DNA of 64,000 nucleotides from Auanema rhodensis (Eukaryota; Animalia; Nematoda), in the NCBI GenBank assembly GCA_964057225.1, contig OZ059894.1, forward strand, positions 11,842,001 to 11,906,000, in the 5' to 3' direction. Position 1 is the first letter of the stretch, and each line of letters begins with the position of its first letter. Both the position numbers and the translations under genes were made by a program. Positions 52,287 through 64,000 of the stretch are shown in pieces. Under the pieces are notes generated by a model that was not told the DNA's origin, did no database searches, and saw only the letters and a list, made by a program, of their open reading frames with translations.

Positions 52287-52584
52287 TATCCTCCAAACGC
52301 CAGTGCTGAACCAATCTACCTGCCAACCAACTACGGCGGACTTGGTCTCTCTCGACTCCAACACCTGTCAGACGTCTGTGAAGTCACTCATGCCTACCAA
52401 CTTTTGAAGTCATCTGATCTTGTAGTAGCTGATATTGCGCATCAAGACTCAATAAAAGTAGCATCAAAAAGGATTAAACGTCAAGCCAGTAACGATGAGA
52501 CAGCTGCATATTACAACGGTTCCGTTGATGGCATTTTCGACACCGAAACATCTGATGTTTCCTCCATCTGGACTAGAGTAAGAG
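52287..52584 (+). CDS. Inverted thumb/linker fragment, second copy
   Basis: Identical translation to 19853-20150. Confidence 0.82.
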
Positions 52585-52617
52585 TATTTCTTCAAGATAT
52601 TTCAAATAAAATATAAA

Positions 52618-52736
52618 AGCTTACGACACCCGGGATTCCCAAGCCGTCTCCGATCCAAGTACTAACCGGGCCCAACGTTGCTTGACTTGCCAGATCGGAC
52701 GGGATGGCGTACTTTCAACGTGGTATGGTCGTAAGC
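52618..52736 (-). rRNA. 5S rRNA
   Basis: Same as 1805-1923. Confidence 0.97.
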
Positions 52737-52977
52737 AATGTTATATTCTTCATTATCAGTTATATCACTCTAAATCTTGTTGTTAATAGTTAGGACCACA
52801 AAGAAAACAACAGGAACAGTAACAAATGAAATGCCCAAACTTTACAGTGTTCGAGTTATTTACAGTATCTAAGACTACCTCTGTCGTGTTATTAGAGCAA
52901 ACATTCGATTAACAACAACTTTTTTTTAGTTATCAAAGCTTTTTTATTTCTTCAAAAAATTTCAAATAAAATATAAA

Positions 52978-53096
52978 AGCTTACGACACCCGGGATTCCC
53001 AAGCCGTCTCCGATCCAAGTACTAACCGGGCCCAACGTTGCTTGACTTGCCAGATCGGACGGGATGGCGTACTTTCAACGTGGTATGGTCGTAAGC
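52978..53096 (-). rRNA. 5S rRNA
   Basis: Same as 1805-1923. Confidence 0.97.
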
Positions 53097-53238
53097 AATG
53101 TCATATTCTTCATTATCAGTTATATCACTCTAAATCTTGTTGTTAATAGATACGACCACAAAGAAAACAACAGGAACAGTAACAATAACAAAAAAAATTT
53201 TTTTTTCACCTATGTGTCTAAAGGTTAGCCATGTATCC

Positions 53239-53288
<50 letters not shown>

Positions 53289-53416
53289 ACAGTAAAAAGT
53301 CCAATCAAGAGAGAAATTTTTTCAACACATAGTTGTTTTTTTTTAAATATCATTGTTTTTCCTCATAACTCGGTTTAAACTCGTTCTAACCCGTTGAAAT
53401 ACGTCTAGAAAGTCTT

Positions 53417-53958
53417 TATAACATGCATATGTATGATAGAACTTCATATTTATTGTAATAGAAAATTTTATTTTCAGACGTCTTGGTTAACAATGATATG
53501 TTTTACCCCCTTATAATTTTTATCATAATGTTCCTTATACGGAACGCTCAATGAAACTTGCTTCCAGAAAAATTTCTTTCTATTTTTTCTTCATATGTAC
53601 GTAGATACTATAGAGAACTATGATAGAAAACTTTAACATTCACGAAATCATCATTTCTCATTACGCTACGGAGGTTTAAAAAGCTGTGTTTTACCTTATA
53701 CCTCCGTAGCGTAATGAGAAATGATGATTTCGTGAATGTTAAAGTTTTCTATCATAGTTCTCTATAGTATCTACGTACATATGAAGAAAAAATAGAAAGA
53801 AATTTTTCTGGAAGCAAGTTTCATTGAGCGTTCCGTATAAGGAACATTATGATAAAAATTATAAGGGGGTAAAACATATCATTGTTAACCAAGACGTCTG
53901 AAAATAAAATTTTCTATTACAATAAATATGAAGTTCTATCATACATATGCATGTTATA
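53417..53958. repeat. 259-bp inverted repeat (arms 53417-53675 and 53700-53958, 24-nt spacer)
   Basis: 53701 onward (cctccgtagcgtaatgag...) is the reverse complement of the preceding spacer. The sequence then resumes at tagagcacatatc, just before 5S-A. Confidence 0.95.
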
Positions 53959-54036
53959 GAGCACATATCAATCAACAACTTTTTCTAGTTATCAAAGCTT
54001 TTTTATTTCTTCAAGATATTTCAAATAAAATATAAA

Positions 54037-54155
54037 AGCTTACGACACCCGGGATTCCCAAGCCGTCTCCGATCCAAGTACTAACCGGGCCCAACGTTGC
54101 TTGACTTGCCAGATCGGACGGGATGGCGTACTTTCAACGTGGTATGGTCGTAAGC
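54037..54155 (-). rRNA. 5S rRNA
   Basis: Same as 1805-1923. Confidence 0.97.
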
Positions 54156-54396
54156 AATGTTATATTCTTCATTATCAGTTATATCACTCTAAATCTTGTT
54201 GTTAATAGTTAGGACCACAAAGAAAACAACAGGAACAGTAACAAATGAAATGCCCAAACTTTACAGTGTTCGAGTTATTTACAGTATCTAAGACTACCTC
54301 TGTCGTGTTATTAGAGCAAACATTCGATTAACAACAACTTTTTTTTAGTTATCAAAGCTTTTTTATTTCTTCAAAAAATTTCAAATAAAATATAAA

Positions 54397-54515
54397 AGCT
54401 TACGACACCCGGGATTCCCAAGCCGTCTCCGATCCAAGTACTAACCGGGCCCAACGTTGCTTGACTTGCCAGATCGGACGGGATGGCGTACTTTCAACGT
54501 GGTATGGTCGTAAGC
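54397..54515 (-). rRNA. 5S rRNA
   Basis: Same as 1805-1923. Confidence 0.97.
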
Positions 54516-54657
54516 AATGTCATATTCTTCATTATCAGTTATATCACTCTAAATCTTGTTGTTAATAGATACGACCACAAAGAAAACAACAGGAACAGTA
54601 ACAATAACAAAAAAAATTTTTTTTTCACCTATGTGTCTAAAGGTTAGCCATGTATCC

Positions 54658-54707
<50 letters not shown>

Positions 54708-55886
54708 ACAGTAAAAAGTCCAATCAAGAGAGAAATTTTTTCAACACATAGTTGTTTTTTTTTAAATATCATTGTTTTTCCTCATAACTCGGTTTAAACT
54801 CGTTCTAACCCGTTGAAATACGTCTAGAAAGTCTTTATAACATGCATATGTATGATAGAACTTCATATTTATTGTAATAGAAAATTTTATTTTCAGACGT
54901 CTTGGTTAACAATGATATGTTTTACCCCCTTATAATTTTTATCATAATGTTCCTTATACGGAACGCTCAATGAAACTTGCTTCCAGAAAAATTTCTTTCT
55001 ATTTTTTCTTCATATGTACGTAGATACTATAGAGAACTATGATAGAAAACTTTAACATTCACGAAATCATCATTTCTCATTACGCTACGGAGGTTTAAAA
55101 AGCTGTGTTTTACCTTATAATAGACCGGAAAACCCTTGTGTTAAAACTGGACCGTTTTTACACATATAAAAATGTCCCGTATTCGGGACCCTAATGTAAC
55201 TTTTGATTCCCTATATTTTTTTTCATGAAATTTACAATCTACTGTAGAAAGAAGAATTATTTTTATAAAAACTGTAAATTTTTGAAAAATGAAAACAAAA
55301 CGAAAACAAAAACAACTTTTTTTTGAACATTTTCTCACACAAGGGTCCCCCCTTACCTACTTTTTTTCTCATTACTCGTTTCAACCTCATCCGATCACTC
55401 TGCAAACATGTTTAATCGTTCTAACTTGTTGAAATACGTCTTAAAAGTCTAAACAACATGCATATGCATAATAGAAACCACCCGAATAGGCTCCCACGCA
55501 CTAAACGAGATATATACATTACCAGTATAGTAATAGAACACATATTGAAGATTAATTCGATAAAAACAATTTATTGACGTAGAGAATGTTTGTTCCGAAA
55601 AACTACAATATTAAACTATAAAAGTAACAAAAGCGTAGAGGCAGCAAAGACATGAATAAACATAAATGTAAATACAGAATTACCAGGTAGTACATAAGTA
55701 TGACAAAAAATTATAAGAAAGCCATGAAAATAGAAGGTTTGTGAACAAATGAGAGGTACATCTTTGATCGTATAGTCATTTCTAAACCGTTCGTATGCTG
55801 CAGCATCGTCATAAGCGTCACTCAAGTTGAATTTCCATGTGTACTACACGATTTTCATTCTTATTGTTACATTCTTTCCCTGAGGG

Positions 55887-56901
55887 AATGGGCCGTTCCC
55901 GCCAGCAGTGCAAGAGCGGGTCGACCCGTGAGGTGGAGCTAGCAAGCCAGCATCTACCTCAAGTCTCAAAAATCGGTTAACCTTATTGTGAACCAATGGA
56001 ACACATATCGAAGGTTAATTCGATAAGAACGATTTATTGAAGTAGATAATGTTTGTCCCGGAGGACTACAATATTAAAATAATTACTGAAGCCCGAAGGC
56101 AGCGAGAAATAGTAAGGATACTACCTGCACTGAGTGCGTCGTATCATAAAAAAAGAGATAGCTAATGGGCAAGTTGAAGAGCTTGAAATTAACAATGACG
56201 TCACTAGAAGTAAAGTTTTCTATCTGCAGCTGCGGGTAAAGAGGGTCAGCGTAAGCAGAATTCAATTCTACCAACAATTAGTGGGAACATTGAGAGAACA
56301 GATGAAGGAGGAAATTGTAACTTCAAGTAAAATAGATTATATCTTCAGCTGCGGGTAAAGAGAGTCAGCTTTGTACAGATTACTAGTTTACATAAGAAGT
56401 GGTAACATTTCAAAAAAGGAGCACAACATAAAAAACGAGACTACGGACTATGAGGTAAATGTTATCATTGTCTGGATCGATGATTCGGCATTTGATTGCA
56501 GCTGCGGATTGAGTGGATCAGCTTGCATGGCGTCCGCATTCGACATCAGGGAAAATGATGAGTTTCTTGAGGTCCGGCTCGGCGGGCTGTTATGTCCTAT
56601 TCCCTGTTGATGGTGTTGTTGTCCTTGAGCTTGTTCTTCTTCCCAGAAAAAAAAAAACTGTGAAGCTGAAGAGTCCTATTAAACGTCTTTAAACGCAAGA
56701 TTAATAAGAAGCTACTACAGCTAACACAGGACCGCCTCAAGGCCTGGTAGATCAACCAGTGTTGCTTCAATCACCAAGTATTGCGGCCTGGGCCCTTGGA
56801 TCAATTCACAACACCAGTATAGCAATGGAACACATATCGAAGGTTAATTCGATAAGAACGATTACTACACTTTGATCTTAGCCAAAAGGCCGAGAAGCGA
56901 T
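55887..56901 (-). pseudogene. U2: U2 gene interrupted by the 788-bp element
   Basis: Same structure as 22034-23048. Confidence 0.92.
56035..56822 (-). mobile_element. 788-bp U2-targeting element, copy 3
   Basis: Same sequence; direct repeats at 55994-56034 and 56823-56863. Confidence 0.88.
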
Positions 56902-57343
56902 ACAGCATAGCCATGAGTATCAAAGACATCAAGCAAATGTATCGTACTTGTTACGAGTGCACTCTCTCATTTGAATATAAAAGTGTGGTTTGACAATCTT
57001 GACTGTACAGGTCATAAATGGCTCATATAAACTGTGGATTTACTCAACTTTTGGACTTATTTTTTTCTTATTCGAAGCGCTGCACTTTTTTCTATTCTTT
57101 TTATTCAAATACTTGTATATAGTTTTATATGTACGGTTGCAAAGTTTCCGAATATTTTATATATTTTTATACAATAATTAGGAGAAGGTTAATACAATGA
57201 AATCTCCCAACTTTACAGTGTTTGTATTGCTTACAGTATCTAGAACAACCACTCTTGTAATATTAGAGCACATATCAATCAACAACTTTTTCTAGTTATC
57301 AAAGCTTTTTTATTTCTTCAAGATATTTCAAATAAAATATAAA

Positions 57344-57462
57344 AGCTTACGACACCCGGGATTCCCAAGCCGTCTCCGATCCAAGTACTAACCGGGCCCA
57401 ACGTTGCTTGACTTGCCAGATCGGACGGGATGGCGTACTTTCAACGTGGTATGGTCGTAAGC
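57344..57462 (-). rRNA. 5S rRNA
   Basis: Same as 1805-1923. Confidence 0.97.
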
Positions 57463-57703
57463 AATGTTATATTCTTCATTATCAGTTATATCACTCTAAA
57501 TCTTGTTGTTAATAGTTAGGACCACAAAGAAAACAACAGGAACAGTAACAAATGAAATGCCCAAACTTTACAGTGTTCGAGTTATTTACAGTATCTAAGA
57601 CTACCTCTGTCGTGTTATTAGAGCAAACATTCGATTAACAACAACTTTTTTTTAGTTATCAAAGCTTTTTTATTTCTTCAAAAAATTTCAAATAAAATAT
57701 AAA

Positions 57704-57822
57704 AGCTTACGACACCCGGGATTCCCAAGCCGTCTCCGATCCAAGTACTAACCGGGCCCAACGTTGCTTGACTTGCCAGATCGGACGGGATGGCGTACTT
57801 TCAACGTGGTATGGTCGTAAGC
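57704..57822 (-). rRNA. 5S rRNA
   Basis: Same as 1805-1923. Confidence 0.97.
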
Positions 57823-57964
57823 AATGTCATATTCTTCATTATCAGTTATATCACTCTAAATCTTGTTGTTAATAGATACGACCACAAAGAAAACAACAGG
57901 AACAGTAACAATAACAAAAAAAATTTTTTTTTCACCTATGTGTCTAAAGGTTAGCCATGTATCC

Positions 57965-58014
<50 letters not shown>

Positions 58015-59193
58015 ACAGTAAAAAGTCCAATCAAGAGAGAAATTTTTTCAACACATAGTTGTTTTTTTTTAAATATCATTGTTTTTCCTCATAACTCGGT
58101 TTAAACTCGTTCTAACCCGTTGAAATACGTCTAGAAAGTCTTTATAACATGCATATGTATGATAGAACTTCATATTTATTGTAATAGAAAATTTTATTTT
58201 CAGACGTCTTGGTTAACAATGATATGTTTTACCCCCTTATAATTTTTATCATAATGTTCCTTATACGGAACGCTCAATGAAACTTGCTTCCAGAAAAATT
58301 TCTTTCTATTTTTTCTTCATATGTACGTAGATACTATAGAGAACTATGATAGAAAACTTTAACATTCACGAAATCATCATTTCTCATTACGCTACGGAGG
58401 TTTAAAAAGCTGTGTTTTACCTTATAATAGACCGGAAAACCCTTGTGTTAAAACTGGACCGTTTTTACACATATAAAAATGTCCCGTATTCGGGACCCTA
58501 ATGTAACTTTTGATTCCCTATATTTTTTTTCATGAAATTTACAATCTACTGTAGAAAGAAGAATTATTTTTATAAAAACTGTAAATTTTTGAAAAATGAA
58601 AACAAAACGAAAACAAAAACAACTTTTTTTTGAACATTTTCTCACACAAGGGTCCCCCCTTACCTACTTTTTTTCTCATTACTCGTTTCAACCTCATCCG
58701 ATCACTCTGCAAACATGTTTAATCGTTCTAACTTGTTGAAATACGTCTTAAAAGTCTAAACAACATGCATATGCATAATAGAAACCACCCGAATAGGCCC
58801 CCACGCACTAAACGAGATATATACATTACCAGTATAGTAATAGAACACATATTGAAGATTAATTCGATAAGAACAATTTATTGACGTAGAGAATGTTTGT
58901 TCCGAAAAACTACAATATTAAACTATAAAAGTAACAAAAGCGTAGAGGCAGCAAAGACATGAATAAACATAAATGTAAATACAGAATTACCAGGTAGTAC
59001 ATAAGTATGACAAAAAATTATAAGAAAGCCATGAAAATAGAAGGTTTGTGAACAAATGAGAGGTACATCTTTGATCGTATAGTCATTTCTAAACCGTTCG
59101 TATGCTGCAGCATCGTCATAAGCGTCACTCAAGTTGAATTTCCATGTGTACTACACGATTTTCATTCTTATTGTTACATTCTTTCCCTGAGGG

Positions 59194-59379
59194 AATGGGC
59201 CGTTCCCGCCAGCAGTGCAAGAGCGGGTCGACCCGTGAGGTGGAGCTAGCAAGCCAGCATCTACCTCAAGTCTCAAAAATCGGTTAACCTTATTGTGAAC
59301 CAATGGAACACATATCGAAGGTTAATTCGATAAGAACGATTACTACACTTTGATCTTAGCCAAAAGGCCGAGAAGCGAT
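59194..59379 (-). ncRNA. U2: U2 snRNA
   Basis: Same sequence as 1177-1362. Confidence 0.96.
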
Positions 59380-59821
59380 ACAGCATAGCCATGAGTATCA
59401 AAGACATCAAGCAAATGTATCGTACTTGTTACGAGTGCACTCTCTCATTTGAATATAAAAGTGTGGTTTGACAATCTTGACTGTACAGGTCATAAATGGC
59501 TCATATAAACTGTGGATTTACTCAACTTTTGGACTTATTTTTTTCTTATTCGAAGCGCTGCACTTTTTTCTATTCTTTTTATTCAAATACTTGTATATAG
59601 TTTTATATGTACGGTTGCAAAGTTTCCGAATATTTTATATATTTTTATACAATAATTAGGAGAAGGTTAATACAATGAAATCTCCCAACTTTACAGTGTT
59701 TGTATTGCTTACAGTATCTAGAACAACCACTCTTGTAATATTAGAGCACATATCAATCAACAACTTTTTCTAGTTATCAAAGCTTTTTTATTTCTTCAAG
59801 ATATTTCAAATAAAATATAAA

Positions 59822-59930
59822 AGCTTACGACACCCGGGATTCTCCGATCCAAGTACTAACCGGGCCCAACGTTGCTTGACTTGCCAGATCGGACGGGATG
59901 GCGTACTTTCAACGTGGTATGGTCGTAAGC
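59822..59930 (-). pseudogene. 5S rRNA copy with the same 10-bp internal deletion
   Basis: gggattctccgat at ~59842. Confidence 0.88.
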
Positions 59931-60171
59931 AATGTTATATTCTTCATTATCAGTTATATCACTCTAAATCTTGTTGTTAATAGTTAGGACCACAAAGAAA
60001 ACAACAGGAACAGTAACAAATGAAATGCCCAAACTTTACAGTGTTCGAGTTATTTACAGTATCTAAGACTACCTCTGTCGTGTTATTAGAGCAAACATTC
60101 GATTAACAACAACTTTTTTTTAGTTATCAAAGCTTTTTTATTTCTTCAAAAAATTTCAAATAAAATATAAA

Positions 60172-60290
60172 AGCTTACGACACCCGGGATTCCCAAGCCG
60201 TCTCCGATCCAAGTACTAACCGGGCCCAACGTTGCTTGACTTGCCAGATCGGACGGGATGGCGTACTTTCAACGTGGTATGGTCGTAAGC
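60172..60290 (-). rRNA. 5S rRNA
   Basis: Same as 1805-1923. Confidence 0.97.
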
Positions 60291-60432
60291 AATGTCATAT
60301 TCTTCATTATCAGTTATATCACTCTAAATCTTGTTGTTAATAGATACGACCACAAAGAAAACAACAGGAACAGTAACAATAACAAAAAAAATTTTTTTTT
60401 CACCTATGTGTCTAAAGGTTAGCCATGTATCC

Positions 60433-60474
<42 letters not shown>

Positions 60475-61654
60475 ACAGTAAAAAGTCCAATCAAGAGAGA
60501 AATTTTTTCAACACATAGTTGTTTTTTTTTTAAATATCATTGTTTTTCCTCATAACTCGGTTTAAACTCGTTCTAACCCGTTGAAATACGTCTAGAAAGT
60601 CTTTATAACATGCATATGTATGATAGAACTTCATATTTATTGTAATAGAAAATTTTATTTTCAGACGTCTTGGTTAACAATGATATGTTTTACCCCCTTA
60701 TAATTTTTATCATAATGTTCCTTATACGGAACGCTCAATGAAACTTGCTTCCAGAAAAATTTCTTTCTATTTTTTCTTCATATGTACGTAGATACTATAG
60801 AGAACTATGATAGAAAACTTTAACATTCACGAAATCATCATTTCTCATTACGCTACGGAGGTTTAAAAAGCTGTGTTTTACCTTATAATAGACCGGAAAA
60901 CCCTTGTGTTAAAACTGGACCGTTTTTACACATATAAAAATGTCCCGTATTCGGGACCCTAATGTAACTTTTGATTCCCTATATTTTTTTTCATGAAATT
61001 TACAATCTACTGTAGAAAGAAGAATTATTTTTATAAAAACTGTAAATTTTTGAAAAATGAAAACAAAACGAAAACAAAAACAACTTTTTTTTGAACATTT
61101 TCTCACACAAGGGTCCCCCCTTACCTACTTTTTTTCTCATTACTCGTTTCAACCTCATCCGATCACTCTGCAAACATGTTTAATCGTTCTAACTTGTTGA
61201 AATACGTCTTAAAAGTCTAAACAACATGCATATGCATAATAGAAACCACCCGAATAGGCCCCCACGCACTAAACGAGATATATACATTACCAGTATAGTA
61301 ATAGAACACATATTGAAGATTAATTCGATAAGAACAATTTATTGACGTAGAGAATGTTTGTTCCGAAAAACTACAATATTAAACTATAAAAGTAACAAAA
61401 GCGTAGAGGCAGCAAAGACATGAATAAACATAAATGTAAATACAGAATTACCAGGTAGTACATAAGTATGACAAAAAATTATAAGAAAGCCATGAAAATA
61501 GAAGGTTTGTGAACAAATGAGAGGTACATCTTTGATCGTATAGTCATTTCTAAACCGTTCGTATGCTGCAGCATCGTCATAAGCGTCACTCAAGTTGAAT
61601 TTCCATGTGTACTACACGATTTTCATTCTTATTGTTACATTCTTTCCCTGAGGG

Positions 61655-61840
61655 AATGGGCCGTTCCCGCCAGCAGTGCAAGAGCGGGTCGACCCGTGAG
61701 GTGGAGCTAGCAAGCCAGCATCTACCTCAAGTCTCAAAAATCGGTTAACCTTATTGTGAACCAATGGAACACATATCGAAGGTTAATTCGATAAGAACGA
61801 TTACTACACTTTGATCTTAGCCAAAAGGCCGAGAAGCGAT
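61655..61840 (-). ncRNA. U2: U2 snRNA
   Basis: Same sequence as 1177-1362. Confidence 0.96.
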
Positions 61841-62282
61841 ACAGCATAGCCATGAGTATCAAAGACATCAAGCAAATGTATCGTACTTGTTACGAGTGCA
61901 CTCTCTCATTTGAATATAAAAGTGTGGTTTGACAATCTTGACTGTACAGGTCATAAATGGCTCATATAAACTGTGGATTTACTCAACTTTTGGACTTATT
62001 TTTTTCTTATTCGAAGCGCTGCACTTTTTTCTATTCTTTTTATTCAAATACTTGTATATAGTTTTATATGTACGGTTGCAAAGTTTCCGAATATTTTATA
62101 TATTTTTATACAATAATTAGGAGAAGGTTAATACAATGAAATCTCCCAACTTTACAGTGTTTGTATTGCTTACAGTATCTAGAACAACCACTCTTGTAAT
62201 ATTAGAGCACATATCAATCAACAACTTTTTCTAGTTATCAAAGCTTTTTTATTTCTTCAAGATATTTCAAATAAAATATAAA

Positions 62283-62401
62283 AGCTTACGACACCCGGGA
62301 TTCCCAAGCCGTCTCCGATCCAAGTACTAACCGGGCCCAACGTTGCTTGACTTGCCAGATCGGACGGGATGGCGTACTTTCAACGTGGTATGGTCGTAAG
62401 C
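62283..62401 (-). rRNA. 5S rRNA
   Basis: Same as 1805-1923. Confidence 0.97.
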
Positions 62402-62642
62402 AATGTTATATTCTTCATTATCAGTTATATCACTCTAAATCTTGTTGTTAATAGTTAGGACCACAAAGAAAACAACAGGAACAGTAACAAATGAAATGCC
62501 CAAACTTTACAGTGTTCGAGTTATTTACAGTATCTAAGACTACCTCTGTCGTGTTATTAGAGCAAACATTCGATTAACAACAACTTTTTTTTAGTTATCA
62601 AAGCTTTTTTATTTCTTCAAAAAATTTCAAATAAAATATAAA

Positions 62643-62761
62643 AGCTTACGACACCCGGGATTCCCAAGCCGTCTCCGATCCAAGTACTAACCGGGCCCAA
62701 CGTTGCTTGACTTGCCAGATCGGACGGGATGGCGTACTTTCAACGTGGTATGGTCGTAAGC
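62643..62761 (-). rRNA. 5S rRNA
   Basis: Same as 1805-1923. Confidence 0.97.
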
Positions 62762-62903
62762 AATGTCATATTCTTCATTATCAGTTATATCACTCTAAAT
62801 CTTGTTGTTAATAGATACGACCACAAAGAAAACAACAGGAACAGTAACAATAACAAAAAAAATTTTTTTTTCACCTATGTGTCTAAAGGTTAGCCATGTA
62901 TCC

Positions 62904-62939
<36 letters not shown>

Positions 62940-64000
62940 ACAGTAAAAAGTCCAATCAAGAGAGAAATTTTTTCAACACATAGTTGTTTTTTTTTAAATA
63001 TCATTGTTTTTCCTCATAACTCGGTTTAAACTCGTTCTAACCCGTTGAAATACGTCTAGAAAGTCTTTATAACATGCATATGTATGATAGAACTTCATAT
63101 TTATTGTAATAGAAAATTTTATTTTCAGACGTCTTGGTTAACAATGATATGTTTTACCCCCTTATAATTTTTATCATAATGTTCCTTATACGGAACGCTC
63201 AATGAAACTTGCTTCCAGAAAAATTTCTTTCTATTTTTTCTTCATATGTACGTAGATACTATAGAGAACTATGATAGAAAACTTTAACATTCACGAAATC
63301 ATCATTTCTCATTACGCTACGGAGGTTTAAAAAGCTGTGTTTTACCTTATAATAGACCGGAAAACCCTTGTGTTAAAACTGGACCGTTTTTACACATATA
63401 AAAATGTCCCGTATTCGGGACCCTAATGTAACTTTTGATTCCCTATATTTTTTTTCATGAAATTTACAATCTACTGTAGAAAGAAGAATTATTTTTATAA
63501 AAACTGTAAATTTTTGAAAAATGAAAACAAAACGAAAACAAAAACAACTTTTTTTTGAACATTTTCTCACACAAGGGTCCCCCCTTACCTACTTTTTTTC
63601 TCATTACTCGTTTCAACCTCATCCGATCACTCTGCAAACATGTTTAATCGTTCTAACTTGTTGAAATACGTCTTAAAAGTCTAAACAACATGCATATGCA
63701 TAATAGAAACCACCCGAATAGGCCCCCACGCACTAAACGAGATATATACATTACCAGTATAGTAATAGAACACATATTGAAGATTAATTCGATAAGAACA
63801 ATTTATTGACGTAGAGAATGTTTGTTCCGAAAAACTACAATATTAAACTATAAAAGTAACAAAAGCGTAGAGGCAGCAAAGACATGAATAAACATAAATG
63901 TAAATACAGAATTACCAGGTAGTACATAAGTATGACAAAAAATTATAAGAAAGCCATGAAAATAGAAGGTTTGTGAACAAATGAGAGGTACATCTTTGAT

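Larger units (their letters stand above)
51084..52584 (-). mobile_element. Second copy of the truncated/inverted Utopia-like retrotransposon
   Basis: Same ORFs and junctions as 18650-20150 (offset 32434). Confidence 0.93.
1..64000. repeat. Tandem array of a ~2.48 kb U2 snRNA + 2x5S rRNA unit (24 units + 1 partial)
   Basis: Near-identical sequence recurs with a 2459-2487 bp period (marker ORF at 431, 2914, 5380, 7857, ...). Length variation among standard units comes mostly from the (TA)n tract. Longer units contain insertions and one unit is rearranged. Confidence 0.99.

Overview
AT-rich eukaryotic DNA, probably from a nematode judging by the 5S and U2 sequences. The whole window is a highly homogenised tandem array of a ~2.46-2.49 kb unit (24 units plus a partial 25th). 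A standard unit carries, all on the minus strand, one U2 snRNA gene and two 5S rRNA genes spaced 360 bp apart, followed by a variable (TA)n tract. In total there are 48 5S copies (three with deletions) and 18 uninterrupted U2 genes. Five U2 genes are interrupted at the same position, U2 nt 37-39, inside the branch-point recognition sequence GUAGUA. Two of them carry a 1.5 kb 5'-truncated, internally inverted RLE-type non-LTR retrotransposon (Utopia/NeSL-like; 18650-20150 and 51084-52584). Three carry a 788-bp non-coding, RNA-structured element flanked by an exact 41-bp duplication of U2 nt 39-79 (22182-22969, 45301-46088, 56035-56822). The 3' tail of this short element resembles the retrotransposon tail, so it looks like a U2-promoter-driven, target-regenerating non-autonomous partner. 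A decayed tail-to-head junction of the same short element, including the 41-bp U2 piece, is fixed in every standard unit (e.g. 811-905). The U2 itself differs from the near-invariant consensus right beside the insertion site. One unit carries a 259-bp fold-back inversion in place of its U2 region. The short repeated ORFs in the ORF track are judged spurious.
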